This document shows, in pieces, positions 23,297-36,596 of a DNA stretch of 64,000 nt; position 1 is the stretch's first letter, and each line of letters opens with the position of its first letter. Below the pieces are notes generated by a model. That model was not told the DNA's origin and made no database searches. It worked only from the letters and a program-made list of their open reading frames with translations. Both the position numbers and the translations under genes were made by a program. Source of the DNA: Squalus acanthias (lineage: Eukaryota); assembly GCA_030390025.1 (NCBI GenBank), contig CM059432.1:38938001-39002000 (forward strand), written 5' to 3'.

Positions 23297-25248
23297 AGAA
23301 TCATAGAATGATATGGCACAGAAAGAGGCCATTCAGTCCATCATGCCTGTGCTGGCTTTTTGAAAGAGCTATCCAATTAGTCCCACTCATTTGCTCTTTC
23401 CCCATAGCCCAGCAAATTTTTCCTTTTCAAGTATTCATCCAATTTCTTTTGAAAGTTAATGTTGAATCTGCTTCCACCACTCTTTCAGGCAGTGCATTCC
23501 AGATCATAACAACTCGCTGCATAAAATTATTTTCCTTATCTCGCCTCTGGTTCTTTTTCCAATTACCTTAAATCTATGTCCTCTGGTTACTGACGCTTCT
23601 GCCACTGGAAACAGTTTCTCCTTATTTACTCTATCAAGACCCTTCATGATTTTGAACTCCTCTATCAAATCTCCCCTTACCTTCTCTTCTCTGAGGAGAA
23701 CAACTCCAGTGTCTCTAGTTTCTCCACATAACTGAGGTCCCTCAACCCTGGTACCATTCTAGTAAATCTCCTCTGCACCCTCTCTAAGGCTTGACATCCT
23801 TCCTAAAGTGTGGTGCCCAGAATTGCCCACAATACTCCAGCTGGGGTCCAACGAGTGTTTTATAAAGGTTTAACATAACTTCCTTGCTTTTGTACTCTAT
23901 GGGCTGGATTTTGAATGACCCATGGAGTCGGGTTTGGAGGCGTGTGGGGGGTTAAATTTGCGGGGTCAGGGTTTCCGACCCCATCCCGACTCCATCCCGC
24001 CTCCACGCAATTTTGACATAATCAGTCACGGGGTTCCCGACTCCGTCCCGCCTTCAAGAGGCGGGAGAGGCCATTAAAGCCCTTAACAAGCTCTAAATTG
24101 GCCCTGTAATGCCATTTTGAAACGCTGTAGCTATCTGGTGTGAAACACTCCAGTGAAAGCTGGCGGGAGCACAAGTGGCTAGCGGACTATCTGCTGCTGG
24201 TCCACTATTATAACGGAGATGTGTGATGAAGGTTGTAGTAGTATTAGGTCTGAACGTCACCTCTGATGCTGCTGCATTGAATGTCTTCAGATACTGCCTG
24301 GGAGGACTTGCTTGGCAAAAAAATTCTCTCTCTCTCTCTCTCTCTCCACCCATTGCAGGTCCACTCACATCAAAAGCCAGGCAAGTCCTCTGTCACCAAC
24401 AGTCTCTGAGACTAGGCAGTCAGCAATGATGACATTATCAGAGGTGCCTTTCAGACTGAAAACACTAATTAGTTCATGGGTTCCCACATGCTCCAACTCA
24501 ATTGCCCAATTAAGTGAAAATTGCATCAGGCATCCACATTAATCTGGAGTCGGGGGGGAAACACGAAATGCGGATTACACGACCCCAACCCGACCCCAAG
24601 ACAAAATCCAGCCCTATGCCTCTATTTATAAAGCCAAGGATCCCGTATGCCTTTTTAACAGCCTTCTCAACTTGTCCTACCATTTTCAAAGACTTGTGTA
24701 TGTACACCGCCAGATCCCTTTGTTCCTGCACCCCCTTTAAAATTGTACCATTTAATTTATATTGCCGCTCCTTATTCACCCTACCAAAATGAATCACTTC
24801 ACACTTCTATGCATTAAATTGTACCTGCCATGTGTCTGCCGATTTCACCGGTCTGTCTATGAACTCCTGTTACTATCCTCCTCACTGTTTACTACATCCC
24901 GAGTTTTGTGTCATTGGCAAACTTTGAAATTATGCCCTGTACACCTAAGTCCAGGTCATTAATATATATCAAAAAGAGCAGTGGTCTCAACACCGACCCC
25001 TGGGGGACACCGCTGCACATTTCCCTCCAGTCTGAAAAGCGACCATTTACCAGTACTCTCTGCTTTCTGTCCCTTAGCAATTTCGTATCCACACAGCCAC
25101 TGCCCATTTAATCCCATGGGCTTCAATTTTGCTGACAAGTCTATTATGTGGTACTTTTTCAAATGCCTTTTGAAAGTCCATAAACACAACATCAAACACA
25201 CTACTCTCACCCACCCTCTCCGTTACTTCATCAAAAACTCAATCAAAA
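23296..25248 (-). mobile_element. CR1 LINE, 5'-truncated, containing the MITE at 23901-24614
   Basis: Tail TAGAATCATAGAAT; minus-strand RT motifs SGVPQGSVL.PLLFLIYINDLD and ISKFANDTKL. Confidence 0.92.
23901..24614 (+). mobile_element. PIF/Harbinger MITE, family A
   Basis: TIRs GGGCTGGATTTTG / CAAAATCCAGCCC; TSD TAT. Confidence 0.92.
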
Positions 25249-25517
25249 ACTGAGTCAGAAGGTTGTGGGTTCAAATCCCACTCCAGAGACTTGAGCACAT
25301 AATCTGGGCTGACATATCAGCGCTGTATTGAGGGAGTGCTGCACTATCGGAGGTGTCATCTTTCGGATGAGACATTATACCGTGGCCCTGTCTGTCCTCT
25401 CAGGTGGACGTAAAAGATCCAATGACTCCATTTGAAGAAGAGCAGGGGAGTTCTCATTTGCTGTAAAGTGTTTTCAGATGTCCTGAGGTCGTGAAAGGCA
25501 CTATATTAATACAAGTA
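25249..25517 (+). mobile_element. Deu-SINE body (internally deleted)
   Basis: CTGAGTCAGAAGGTTGTGGGTTCAAATCCC...GTGAAAGGCACTATATTAATACAAG. Confidence 0.85.
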
Positions 25518-25668
25518 CTAGCTATGCCCCTAGCTAAGCTATTCCAGTACAACTACAATACTGGCATGTACCCGACAATGTGGAAACTTGCCCAGGTATG
25601 GCCTGTCCACAAAAAACAGGACAAAACCAACCCAGAGAATTAATACCCTGTTAACCTAAAATTGCATA

Positions 25669-25870
25669 ATGCGGAGATGCCGGTGTTGGACTGGGGTGGA
25701 CAAAAGTGAGAAGTCGCACAACACCAGGTTATAGTCCAACAGCTTTATTTGACATCACAAGCTTTCGGAGCGCTGCTCCTTCGTCAGGTGAAGAAGGAGC
25801 AGCGCTCCGAAAGCTTGTGATTTCAAATAAAGCTGTTGGACTATAACCTGGTGTTGTGCGACTTCTCACT
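25669..25870 (-). mobile_element. Penelope-like fold-back terminus with hammerhead-like core
   Basis: Inverted arms at 25704-25782 and 25793-25871 (1 mismatch); TSD TAAAATTGCATA at 25657-25668 and 25871-25882; minus strand CTGACGAAGGAGCAGCGCTCCGAAAGCTTG. Confidence 0.8.
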
Positions 25871-25887
25871 TAAAATTGCATAGGCAG

Positions 25888-26117
25888 CAAGTTGTTATGA
25901 TCTGGAATGCACTGCCTGAAAGGGTGGTGGAAACAGATTCAATAATAACTTTCAAAAGGGAATTGGATAAATACTTGAAAAGGAAAAAATTGCTGGGCTA
26001 TGGGGGAAAGAGCAGGAGAGTGGGACTAATTGGATAGTTCTTTCAAAAAACCGGCACAAGCACAATGGGCCGAATGGCCTCCTTTGGTGCCGTATCATTC
26101 TATGATTCTATGATACT
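25888..26117 (+). mobile_element. CR1 3' end
   Basis: WNALPERVVE..SIITFKRELDKYL; ends TTCTATGATTCTATGA. Confidence 0.85.
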
Positions 26118-26916
26118 ATGTCCTGTCCCCAAAAAGCAGGACAAATCCAACTAGGGCAATTACTGCCCTATCAGCCTATTCTTTATCATCAGTAAAGTGA
26201 TGGAAGGAGTTGTTAATAGTGCTGTCAAGCGACACTTACTCACCAATAACCTGCTCACTGCTGCTCAGTTTGAGTTCTGCCAGGACCACTCAGCTCCAGA
26301 CCTCATTACAGCCTTTCTCCAAACATGGACACAAGAGCTGAATTCCAAAGATGAGGTGAGAGTGACTGCCCTTGACATCAAGGCAGCAATCAATCGAATG
26401 TGGCACGAAGGAGCCCTAGTAAAACGGAAGTCAAAACTGAAATGGCTGGAGACATACTTGGCACAAAGGAAGATTGTTCTGGTTGTTGGCGGCCAATCAT
26501 CTCAGCTCCAGGACATCGCTGCAGGAGTTACTCAGGGCAGCATCCTGGGCCCAACTAACTTCAGTTCAACAATGACCTTCATTCTATCATAATGTCAGAA
26601 ATGGGGATGTTTGCTGGTGATTGCACAGTGTTCAGCTCCATTCATAATTCCTCAGATACTGAAGCAGTTCATGCTAGCATGCAGCAATACCTGGATTAGA
26701 TAAGTTCAGGCACACCAGGCAATGACCATCTCCATAAGAGAGGGCCTAGGCATCTCCCCATGACATTCAATGGCATTACCATACTGAGTCCCCACCATCA
26801 ACATTCTGAGGCCACCATTGACCAGAAACTCAACTGGACCAACCAAATAAATGCCATGGCTACTAGAGCAGAATGTGAAATTACAGTGTGACAAATTTAC
26901 ATGGAAAGTTTACATT

Positions 26917-27330
26917 ATAGAATCATAGAAGCTTACAGCACAGAAGGAGGCCATTCGGCCCATCATGGCTCTTTGAAAGAGCAGTCGTGCTTAATTCCAC
27001 ATCCCTGCTTTTTGTCCGTAACCCTGTAAGATCCTTATCCTCAAGCACCTGTCCAACTCCCTTTTAAAATTATTTATGGAATCAGCTTCCACCACCTTTT
27101 CAGGTACAGCGTTCCAGATCCCGCCAACTCTCTGAGTGAAAAAATTTCTCCTCCAGATCATTTTCAAATGATTTTAAAAATATGACCGCTGGTTATTCAC
27201 CCACTTGCCAGAGGGAATAGTTTTTCTCTATCTACTCTATCAAAATCTCCCATCATCTTAAAAACCTTTATTAGGTCACCTCTTAACCTTCTCTGCTCCA
27301 AGGAGAACAGTCCTAACTTTTCCTCTCAGA
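26917..27330 (-). mobile_element. CR1 3' end
   Basis: ATAGAATCATAGAAG tail followed by the reverse-complement CR1 3' UTR and ORF2 end. Confidence 0.8.
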
Positions 27331-27472
27331 TATACAATGGCCACTGGCATAAGCCAATATTTTTCTGACTGCCTCATTTACTGAGAATCATTATAGCATG
27401 CAATATCATCACTATTTCATGATTCACAAAGATAGCATTATAATTTAAGGTCAAATAATTTGCATTGATGAA

Positions 27473-28175
27473 TAGCCCCGATTATAACCCCCGCACATGA
27501 CAAGAATGAGGCGTGCGGTGGTGAAAATTTCATCACCATGGCATTCACCAGATCCACGCTGCACGGGCGCCATGTGCCATTTCAACAGGTGCGTTTCAGG
27601 CAGCATGTGAGGCATTCACTTCAGGCAGGTGAGGGCCTCATTAAAATTCAAAAGTTGGGTGCTAATGAAGTCAGTCAGACTCTGGCGTTATTTTAACTTC
27701 ATGTTGCAAGGTCGGCGCCTGGTGCCGGCCTCACCAAGGAAACCGTCTGCCATGGGGGAACAGGTCCAGAAAAGGGTGAGAATGTCAGTTAATCATTTTT
27801 TATGTAAGTTTCCTTTTGGGTCTGGAGGAGCAGGATTGCTCCTCTGTGCCCCTCAAGGAAATCTTGGGTCTCAACTACCCGGGTTTCCCCTGCGCCCTCC
27901 CCGATAGTGATCCCTGTTGCCCTCCCACCCCCCTGATCCAGTTACTTGACTGTCAAGGACTGCTCCCATGGGTCCCCAGCTACGGTGTCCTGCTGCACTC
28001 ACCTGACTCCCGCCCGCTAGCCTCATGTCATCGGCGCTTGGTTCGGGCCCATTGTATTTAAATGAGTCCCGTGAGTTAAAAAAGCCCGAGCCTCATGTTG
28101 GCAAGCCAGGATAGCTTGATCCTCGCCCTGCTGGCCCCACACTTGCCCCCCCCTCCCCATTTAAAATTGTAGCTA
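27473..28175. mobile_element. Degraded Harbinger-type MITE
   Basis: GC-rich island bounded by eroded inverted ends (GCCCCGATTATAA / TTAAAATTGTAGC); similar to parts of 48654-49087. Confidence 0.5.
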
Positions 28176-28779
28176 ATAACTCTGACTTTTAGATTACTTT
28201 CTATAAAGCTGCATTTCTATCAAGGCTGCCAATTCAGATGGAAAAAGGATCAACAGGAAACTTATTAAAAATGCAAAGCAAACAGGGCAGCTTAAGAATA
28301 ATAAATGCAGGTGACACAGCCTGTTAATATGCCATAGAACAGTTGAGATTTTACAAATGGCAAGTTACCAACCTCAGCTGGAACTGTCTGGGGAGGCTGG
28401 ATGGAAACTAGGAAGGGAAAGTCAATATACATTTACATCCATTCTAGTAGTTGATATGACATTACTGGGATGTGTTGCCTTGTCCATACCTTGGTTGGTG
28501 GTGGGAGTATTGTTTGGGGATTTTACTTAGGGAAATACTTGAATAAAAGGCAAAAATTATGGCAATGCTGGAATTCTGTATCAGGTTAAGACTGTGCAAA
28601 CATTTGGCTCAAATTCATTCTTGAGTCAGTGTCAAAGAATGCATCATGTACATTGCCTTCATTATTAGTATGAGCTAGATATGTTTTGACTGAATTAACA
28701 TATAAATGTGTGAATGCAGTTAATGTCGATATAGGAGACTCAAATTAATTCAAGTTCTCTGTTCTACATGGAACATCAA

Positions 28780-29165
28780 CACTGGTTAGTGTAGAACTGA
28801 GCCATATAGTCTAGAAAGTCCCAAGTTCAATCTGCTCTGTGTTGAGCTAGCTGATCTCAGCTGGCGTGGTGGTCGGAGTGCTACAGCAGTTAATATATCA
28901 GCCAGGATTCCCACTCCTTACTGTTATCCAGTGATTCCTGCTGGAAAGTACACATGTGCATTGGCATTGGACTTGGAAAGGGTTTCACTTGGCTTTGGTG
29001 TTCCCATGATTCAAAAGCTGGCCAGCAGTTACTGTCCAAGCTTACACATGAAGAATGGCTACTTAGATGAAGAATGGCTACTTAGCTGAGTTAACACCAG
29101 GTTGCTGACAGTTGTATAACTGTACACCAGCAGAAGCCATCACCTTCAGGAGAGGAAGGGGGAAA
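28780..29165 (+). mobile_element. Old tRNA-derived SINE-like element
   Basis: B-box-like GTCCCAAGTTCAATC, then GAGCTAGCTGATCTCAGC...ATCCAGTGATTCCTGCTGGAAAG...CACATGAAGAATGGC, recognised from memory as an ancient vertebrate SINE body. Confidence 0.5.
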
Positions 29166-30856
29166 ACATTTTCAAAAGATGGAACTGGAAGGCCACTTAT
29201 GGTGGGAATGCAATACTTGCACAGCATAGGTTTTCAGTGGAAAAACATCCAAAATGAATACATTAATATTAATAGATATCACTGCACCACGAGTGAACGA
29301 TTTTCTTTAATTATTAGGTGGCATCATAACAAGGTTCAACTGGAGATAACTGTAACAATGTGGGATGAGGTATCTGGTGGAAATCAACACAGCAATAATG
29401 CTGTGATGAAGTTTCTATGTCATGCTTTTGCTGTCATTACTTTCCTACTTTCAAGTAAGAAAATAGATCATATACAAACTTTTTAAAGTGATTGGTCAGT
29501 TGATGAAGGAATTGTTATTTAGCAGTGGTTGACCTGTATTTGAACTTCAGCTCAGTGAAAGGCACTCTCAGCTGAGGAAATCAAGCAGCACTAGCAAAAT
29601 GTCTTTCAGCTCAATACAAAAGCAAAATAAGGACTGCATGGAAGAGTGAAAAGAAAAATCTCACCGCTCTTTGTGATGGATCCATTCTGTTAGTTTGGTG
29701 TGTCTCACAGCAGAAGAGAGCATGTTAGCGAGGGAGATGGAGTCTGTCACGGATGATTGGTGTCAGTAAACAAAATTCTCCTCAGTTGTTCACTAGAATT
29801 GCTTGGCTTCTTTGCATGTCTCACTGAATTGGTTTCTTTTATTTGCTGCTTGACTGGTTGACTCTTACCAGACCGAAGGATAAGACCAAAAGCCAAGCTT
29901 TCCAATCCACCGTACAAACTGGTTAGCTGACCCTTGACTCCCACCCATTAACCCAGGTGCTGGTGGTTTTTAGCCTTTTAATCATTCCTGTTCTTGCTGA
30001 TACAGTCTTCTGTCTAATTAACTCAGCTTGCTCTACAATCTTCACTCTTTACTGTACTTCAAACCTATTATTTTGAAGTACTGTACCTAAGCATTAGAGG
30101 CACTAATTAAAAAATGGTGTTCATACCTAAGGTTGACCTCTGGATATTGATGACAGGTAAAATGTGCTAATACACATTTTAAGAGTTCCACAGCAACAAA
30201 TCTTTCACAGGATGAAGTGGTGGTAGATCTTTGTACAAATAACTCATTCTAATAGTATTACCAGTTTGTCATTGTTTAAGTGATGTGGAATCATTATAAG
30301 AATCAAAAGTGGAAGACCTAAGTGGAACAAACTAGGTTTGTACGTTTAGCTGTAAGTTTCCTTTCTGTCTAATCTTGATTGTTCATTTTGATTAAAATAA
30401 TGCTCTTGAATATAATGTGCAATAATTTATTAAAATGCAAAATCACACTTTAACTTTATATGTGTATTCCTTTGATGAAGAAAGAATTCAACCTACTGGT
30501 CTCAACAATTCAGAGCAGTCCTTATTTATGTTGTATGTTATAAGTGCGTCTAGTCAAGCCTACCTCTCTCCTAACATGCCCAAACATAACCTTAAATACC
30601 CTCGCAGTAATTACAAGTACACTGTTGGCCAGAGTTTTTGCTTGAACTCAATATGCTGGTTTGAAAATTGATTTTGCATTCACATTAGCACTAAAAAGCC
30701 ATAATTACACTGATGTACAATAATATAAATGATTAAATAATGTTTAACTCTTTTCCTGTTTATATCTTTCCTTCCTCAGAACTGTTCCAGTTTTTATTAC
30801 ATCTAAATGGGTTAACATGATAAAGATCTTGATCTGTTAGTGACAGGAACAAACGT

Positions 30857-31363
30857 GCCTTAGAAGGAGTGCAACGAAGGTTCACTAGATTGATTCCTGG
30901 GATGGGGGGATTGTCCTATGAGGAGAGATTGAGTAGACTAGGCCTATATTCCCTAGAGTTTAGAAGAATGAGAGATGATCTCATTGAAACATATAAAATT
31001 CTTAAGGGGCTTTGACAAGGTAAATGCTGGGAGGATGTTTCCCCTGGGTGGGGAGTCTAGAACTAGGGGTCACAGTCTCAGAATAAGGGGTCGGCCATTT
31101 AGGACTGAGATGAGGAGAAATTTCTTCACTCAAAGGGTTGTGAATCTTTGGAATTCTCTATCCCAGAGGGCTGTTGATGCTCAGTCATTGAGTATATTCA
31201 AGACAGAGATTAATAGATTTTTGGATACTAAGGGAGTCATTGGATATGGGGATAGTGCAGGAAGAAGAGTTGAGGTAGTAGATCAGCCATGATATTATTG
31301 AATGGCGGGGCAGGCTCCAAGGGCCGAATGGCCTACTCCTGCTCCTATTTCTTATATTCTTAT
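30857..31363 (+). mobile_element. CR1 3' fragment
   Basis: GRMFPLGGESRTRGHSLRIRGRPFRTEMRRNFFTQRVVNLWNSL; TTCTTAT tail. Confidence 0.92.
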
Positions 31364-33567
31364 AAACTTAAGAGAATCTCAAACCAGTACTTGTTTAGAA
31401 TGATGCAGAGCTCGCAGACCTGGATTATACTGCCAGCCCTGTGTTGCTTTCTGGCTAGGGAAAACAGAATTCACATGTCCACCATGCTAGCAGATAGACA
31501 GCTATCCTTTCAGCTCTCTGCTAATGCTAAAAGGCTACAAACAAAGTTTAAAAGTTCTTGGCCAATGAATGGACTCTCTAGGGACTTTTTAAAATTTGCA
31601 GTTATAATTCAGTTGATCTGAAGCCAAAGTGGTGTGACATTATGTCCTCCAGCTAGCCTTGCACTGCTTGCCTAAATTCAATTTTGGCAACTTCACACCC
31701 ACACATCTTGAGTTAATGTGAAGCTGAAACCACTTTGTGTTGACAGAAAATATGTAGTGCAACTGCACCTAGAAAGACAAAGACATAAAAACCTGTAAAA
31801 ACAACGTTGGCTGAAACTTACAACTGTTTCCTTGGCCTGGTGAAATTTGGGCTGATTAGTACATGTTAGATTATTGAACAATGTAAAAAAAACTGTACTC
31901 TGTAAAACTAGCACGAGGAATTTGTTTATGCTCCTGTTCTGTCAAACTGGTCCTTCTATAAAAAAACATATGCTCTGCCTTAAATATATGGTTAGAATAA
32001 AGGTAAGTGGCAGATAGGTAATCAATCAAACAACATTATTACTGCTCTAAATCTTGCCCTATTCTTTTGCTAAAATTGGTTGTTTAATCTGTATGCTCAG
32101 TGTGCACCAGTTAGATTAGGAAAAGCTCCAACTAAGAAAAGGTCATTGCTGAGGTCACATTGTATGAGGCCATAACTTCAAAGAAGTTTATCTCTTTTAC
32201 AACACCATTAAGTCATTGGTAATGGTCTATTGTCTTTCATCATCTCAGGTCTTCTACCTGCTTATTTACCTCCAGACAAACTACAGAATTCAAGGCACAG
32301 TGTAAACAGGTGCTTTTCTGCTTCTTACCTCTTACCCAAACCACAACCTTAACATTAAAAGGTAATGAGATCATTTGTTTTTTTTTAAATGTACCCATAC
32401 AGAACAGGAGGGTTCTCTATTCGAAGAGACAATAATAGAACAAGAAACTAATGAGAAATTATTTTTTATGCAATCCACTAAATTATATTTATTAGCTTTT
32501 TTCCTTTTCCACCTCTCCACTTCCCTCTCATTGTCTCTTGTTTGCATACAACTTCCTTGAACGCCATTAGCTTCCATAATTACTATCTAGCCAACAATAG
32601 GTACATACAGGACATAATTAAGGGTCAAGATTGCCGACAATGAAGATCACATAAATTGACAAGCATAACATTTTTTAACCTTGAGTCCTAGTTTTAGAGG
32701 GTCCATCTCAAGAGCTCCATGCAGTGTTCATAGCAGCTCTACTATTATTCGGTAAGACCAGAAGCCATCCTAATCAAGGGCTTTGATGGACTTTTCCCTC
32801 TCTTTCAATGCATACCTTTTCACTGTGGTAAACTATTTTATCGAGTTGGCTGTCAGAAATGTGATAACAATTCAACTGAGCATGGTAGATACATGGTAAA
32901 AAGTTTTTGTCAGATACTCAAGTGTTATTTCTTCTTTTCCCCACAAATCTCCTCCCCTTCTCTCACGCAAACATGTAACTGGCTTTGTAATGGTAGGAAA
33001 CAATTTTTTAAAAATTAAATACATTTTTAATAAAAATCTATAAACTTTTTTGTTTTGCATCCTACTGTAGGGAAGCTTTACCGGATTGCCACCAGATAGT
33101 CTCAGTTTTTGAACTATGACAAGGATTTAGGAACTTTGCAACAGTAAACCAAGGTTCTGATTCTTGAACCGAGGGCCCTTTGCATCTCCAGATGATTATA
33201 TGGTTGGAAAGCCAGTCCTGTAATTCACTGGTGATGAATAGAAAAATAATAAAAGGTTTCTAAAAGTCTTGAAAACCGTAGAGAAAATAAAATAATTAAT
33301 TTTTTTAACTCCTTCAAAAAAGAACTAGATAACATTTGATATGAATAGGGATGAAGATTATGGGGATAAGTATGGACAGAACTAATCAAATACTCCATGA
33401 ACCACCATGGTTCCTGTGCTGATGAACCATGGAAATGCCATCTGTGGAAAGCCAACCAGTAGTAAATACTAAAGGTGTAAGAATAGATATTCTGGAGTTC
33501 TGTTTAATTTTCTTTCTAAACGAGGGAGTTATTTTGCAGAATAATGCCCTCAGAAACTATAGGAGAA

Positions 33568-33990
33568 CCATAGAAGCTAACAGCACAGAAGGAGGCTATT
33601 TGTACCATCTTGCCTGTGCCAGCTCTTTGCTACAGCAATCTAAAACTAATCACACTACCTTGCTCTATCCTCATAGCGTACCTTCCTCTTAAAAAGATGC
33701 AATAGTCTCTGCCTCAACTACTCCTTGTGGTAAAGCATTCCATGGTCTAACAACAGTCTAGTAAAAAAATTTCTACTAACCTCTCTCCTCACTCCCTTAC
33801 TGACAATTTTAAATCGATGACCCTTTGATATAGACTTCCCAACCAGAGGAAATAGTCTTTCCCTATTATTCTCTCAGAACTCTTCATAATTAAAAAAACA
33901 ACACCTCTTCGTCTTCTCTGCTGCAGTGGAAATAGTCCCAGTATCTCAAGTCTCTCCTCATAACTATAATCCTGCTGTCATCATGGTGGC
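33568..33990 (-). mobile_element. Old CR1 3' fragment
   Basis: CATAGAAGCTAACAGCACAGAAGGAGGC tail, homologous to 26917. Confidence 0.7.
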
Positions 33991-34139
33991 TTTGTGTCAT
34001 ACACACTTCATGGGGCAGGTTCTGTCCAAGTGGCATGGAAGAACTCAAGTAAGAGATGTGGAGGTATTACTGTTAAAGTGTAGGAAGAGGTTTTAGGGTT
34101 GTGCATGTAAGTAATTCCAGTTAGGAGAGATGATTAGCT

Positions 34140-35082
34140 ATAGTGCAAGGTCCCGAGTTAGAGCTCCCCTTAACCAGAGTGCATTGTGAAGGGTTTGTTG
34201 TACAAGTGTTGTTTTAAGAGGGTGAAGAATGTGTTAGTGCTCAGAGTGGGCAAGGAAGAAAAGGGAGAGTGTCTGCTTGTGTTACCTCGCCTGCCCTGGT
34301 GAGGTCATTCAATTTCTTGCAGCAATTGTTGGTAGTCCTGGGGCGAGTGCCAGTTCTACCACCCTCTAGGGGGCATGAGTGACAGTCTTGGCCTGTTGGC
34401 ATACATTCTCGAGTCTGTGCCTCCTTACTTTAATTTCCTCACGGAGGTCTTGGAGGTCTGAGTCAGAAAAATTCTGCGTTCTTCTCCTGTGCCTGGGTGC
34501 CATGTCCTGCTACCTAGTTTGGCTGCATATTCCAGGGGGTCCTGTTGTAGATATTCTTGAAAAGTATCATAGAAATATTGGTGAGAGATGGAGGCTGATT
34601 TGGGTCTCAGTAATGTACCATTTTTCGATGGGAACAAGGCGGTAGCAAGACCAAAATCACAGTACAGCACTTACCACCCCTTCCTACCAACATCTGATCT
34701 GCTGCAATTTTGAAGTGGGCTGGGGAGTAGGGGTTCCATGCTCTGGCCCCATGCAGGTGGGAGCTTCATTTGTTTATGCAAATCAGGGTCCTTAAAGGGA
34801 CTGCTGGAAGCTGCTCGGCAAATGCTCCAGGTAACTTTGCAGTCTGAACTGTCTTTTTAAGGGCTACATTCCAATTTCCATGCACTGCTGCAGCTTACAC
34901 CCATTTTTTACGGGGTTTACACTATTTATGGCTGCAATAGGTATGCAGATAAGCTGACCCAGGAAACCCTCGTGTGAATACCTCTCCTGACCACCAGCAG
35001 GTGCGAATCATTTTTTAATGGTGTGACAGCAGTGCAAGTCACTGCGTGGAAATTCTCCACCCATATCTACTGCTTTCTCGTT
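34140..35082 (-). mobile_element. Degraded Harbinger derivative with Myb/SANT remnant
   Basis: The minus strand reads MAPRHRRRTQNFSDSDLQDLREEI...RTTNNCCKKLNDLTR; paralog at 42810-43635. Confidence 0.7.
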
Positions 35083-35084
35083 AT

Positions 35085-35800
35085 ATATACAGTCAATCAT
35101 TTCTTCAAAAACCTCTATTGGTTGTCAAACTTGACTTTAAGAGCCATGCTGGCTGTCCTTGATTAGCCCATGTATCTTTAATTGCTCATTAATTTGATCT
35201 TGAATTATGAATTCTAAGAGTTTGCCCACAACTAATGTTAGGCTAAATATAATGTTACCCAAATTATCCCTTCTTGAACAAGGCTGTTACATCAGCTACT
35301 CCCTGGTCATGTGGCACAATTTTCAGATCGAAGGAAGATTTAATAATTATGGTCAGATCCTCTCAGACTTCTTTCAACTGCCTAGTGTGCTTGCTATCGG
35401 GACCCAGTGATTTATCCACTTTTGAGTTCTGCTATCTTTTTCAGAGCCAATTCCTTTTCTATAGTGATCTCTAACAATTTTTCCATTGTCCTCTAGTACG
35501 TCAATGTCCACCATCATTTCCAGAAATTATTGTAAAATATTAGTTAATATTTACATCACACCTTCATCCTCCCCAACTAGACTTTGCTCTTCATGCATGT
35601 GCAGCTCTACCCTCATTTAAGTAACTTTTACTTTTTATAAGCTTATAAAAACCTTTACTACTGCTTTTTATGTTACCTGTTGGCCTTTTTTCATATTCCC
35701 TTTTAGCCCTGTTAAACTCCCTATTCATGTCCACACAACACTTTCTATATACCTTGTGATTTTGGTAGCCCTTCTTTTATCATATGCCCCCTTTTAAGTT
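35085..35800 (-). mobile_element. Very old CR1-like fragment
   Basis: Decayed minus-strand KVDKSLGPDS.H.R.LKE and ADVTALFKKG motifs. Confidence 0.55.
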
Positions 35801-36596
35801 TCTGTTTGATTTTAATATCTGTTTATTTATGATAATCTATCATTTGATAAACTATCTTATAGCAATATTTCTATTTTGCAATCTATCCATCTTGTATTTG
35901 AAGATTCCCCACTGCTGGAGATTTAATAAATTGGGTTGAATCCACGATAGAACAAATCATGGTCTGTGGAAGGAGGGAGTTTGATGAGTTGAATGGCATT
36001 TTCTTTTTTGGTGTTTTATTATAGCACGTAGGGCTGAATGAAATACAGTCTGACCTAACAAAACAGAATAATTGATTCAAATGCTTCAGGCAGACTAACA
36101 AATATCTATCTTGCTGACATCCTGACATTTAAAAGAGAATTATTATCAGTCTGCCAGTTGTTCACATGTTTTGGAAACATGTAGAAAGCAAGATGGAAAA
36201 AAAAATAGTGTTTTAGTACCACCGGTAGTAATCAAACTAGACGAATATCTGCAGATCAGTTCTTGAATTTGAAATGATCGTGACAGACCTAGCAACCCAA
36301 GATGCCTATTTTAAACAGGCGTGCAGTCACAGCATGAAAAATGGGAAATGGTTTGTGCAAACACAATCTTCCCTGACTTCCAACCCCTACCACCCACACT
36401 GAGCTCACACCATCACCACTGGCATCAATAGTCTGAAAATCTTTTCCATAAAGTTTGTGATCATCAGGGGTCTCAATTCAAAATGTCCAATTAGAGAAGG
36501 GATAGAAGACAGGGTGAAGATTGCACTCTCCAATCTGCACCTGCAACATGCTTCCTGGCAACTTTTGCTCAGTTAGAGGGATTGGAGGCAGGAAGC

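Larger units (their letters stand above)
25520..26870 (+). mobile_element. CR1-group LINE RT region (same family as 13075-13857), interrupted at 25657-26117
   Basis: LAMPLAKLFQY..TGMYPTMWKLAQVWPVHKKQDK; VMEGVVNSAVKRHLL...HSAPDLIT...VTALDIKAA...AGVTQGSILGP. Confidence 0.85.

Noticed and set aside
29660..30065. Minus-strand exon candidate ending in GTGAG
   Set aside because: No continuous reading frame was found and the acceptor is weak.
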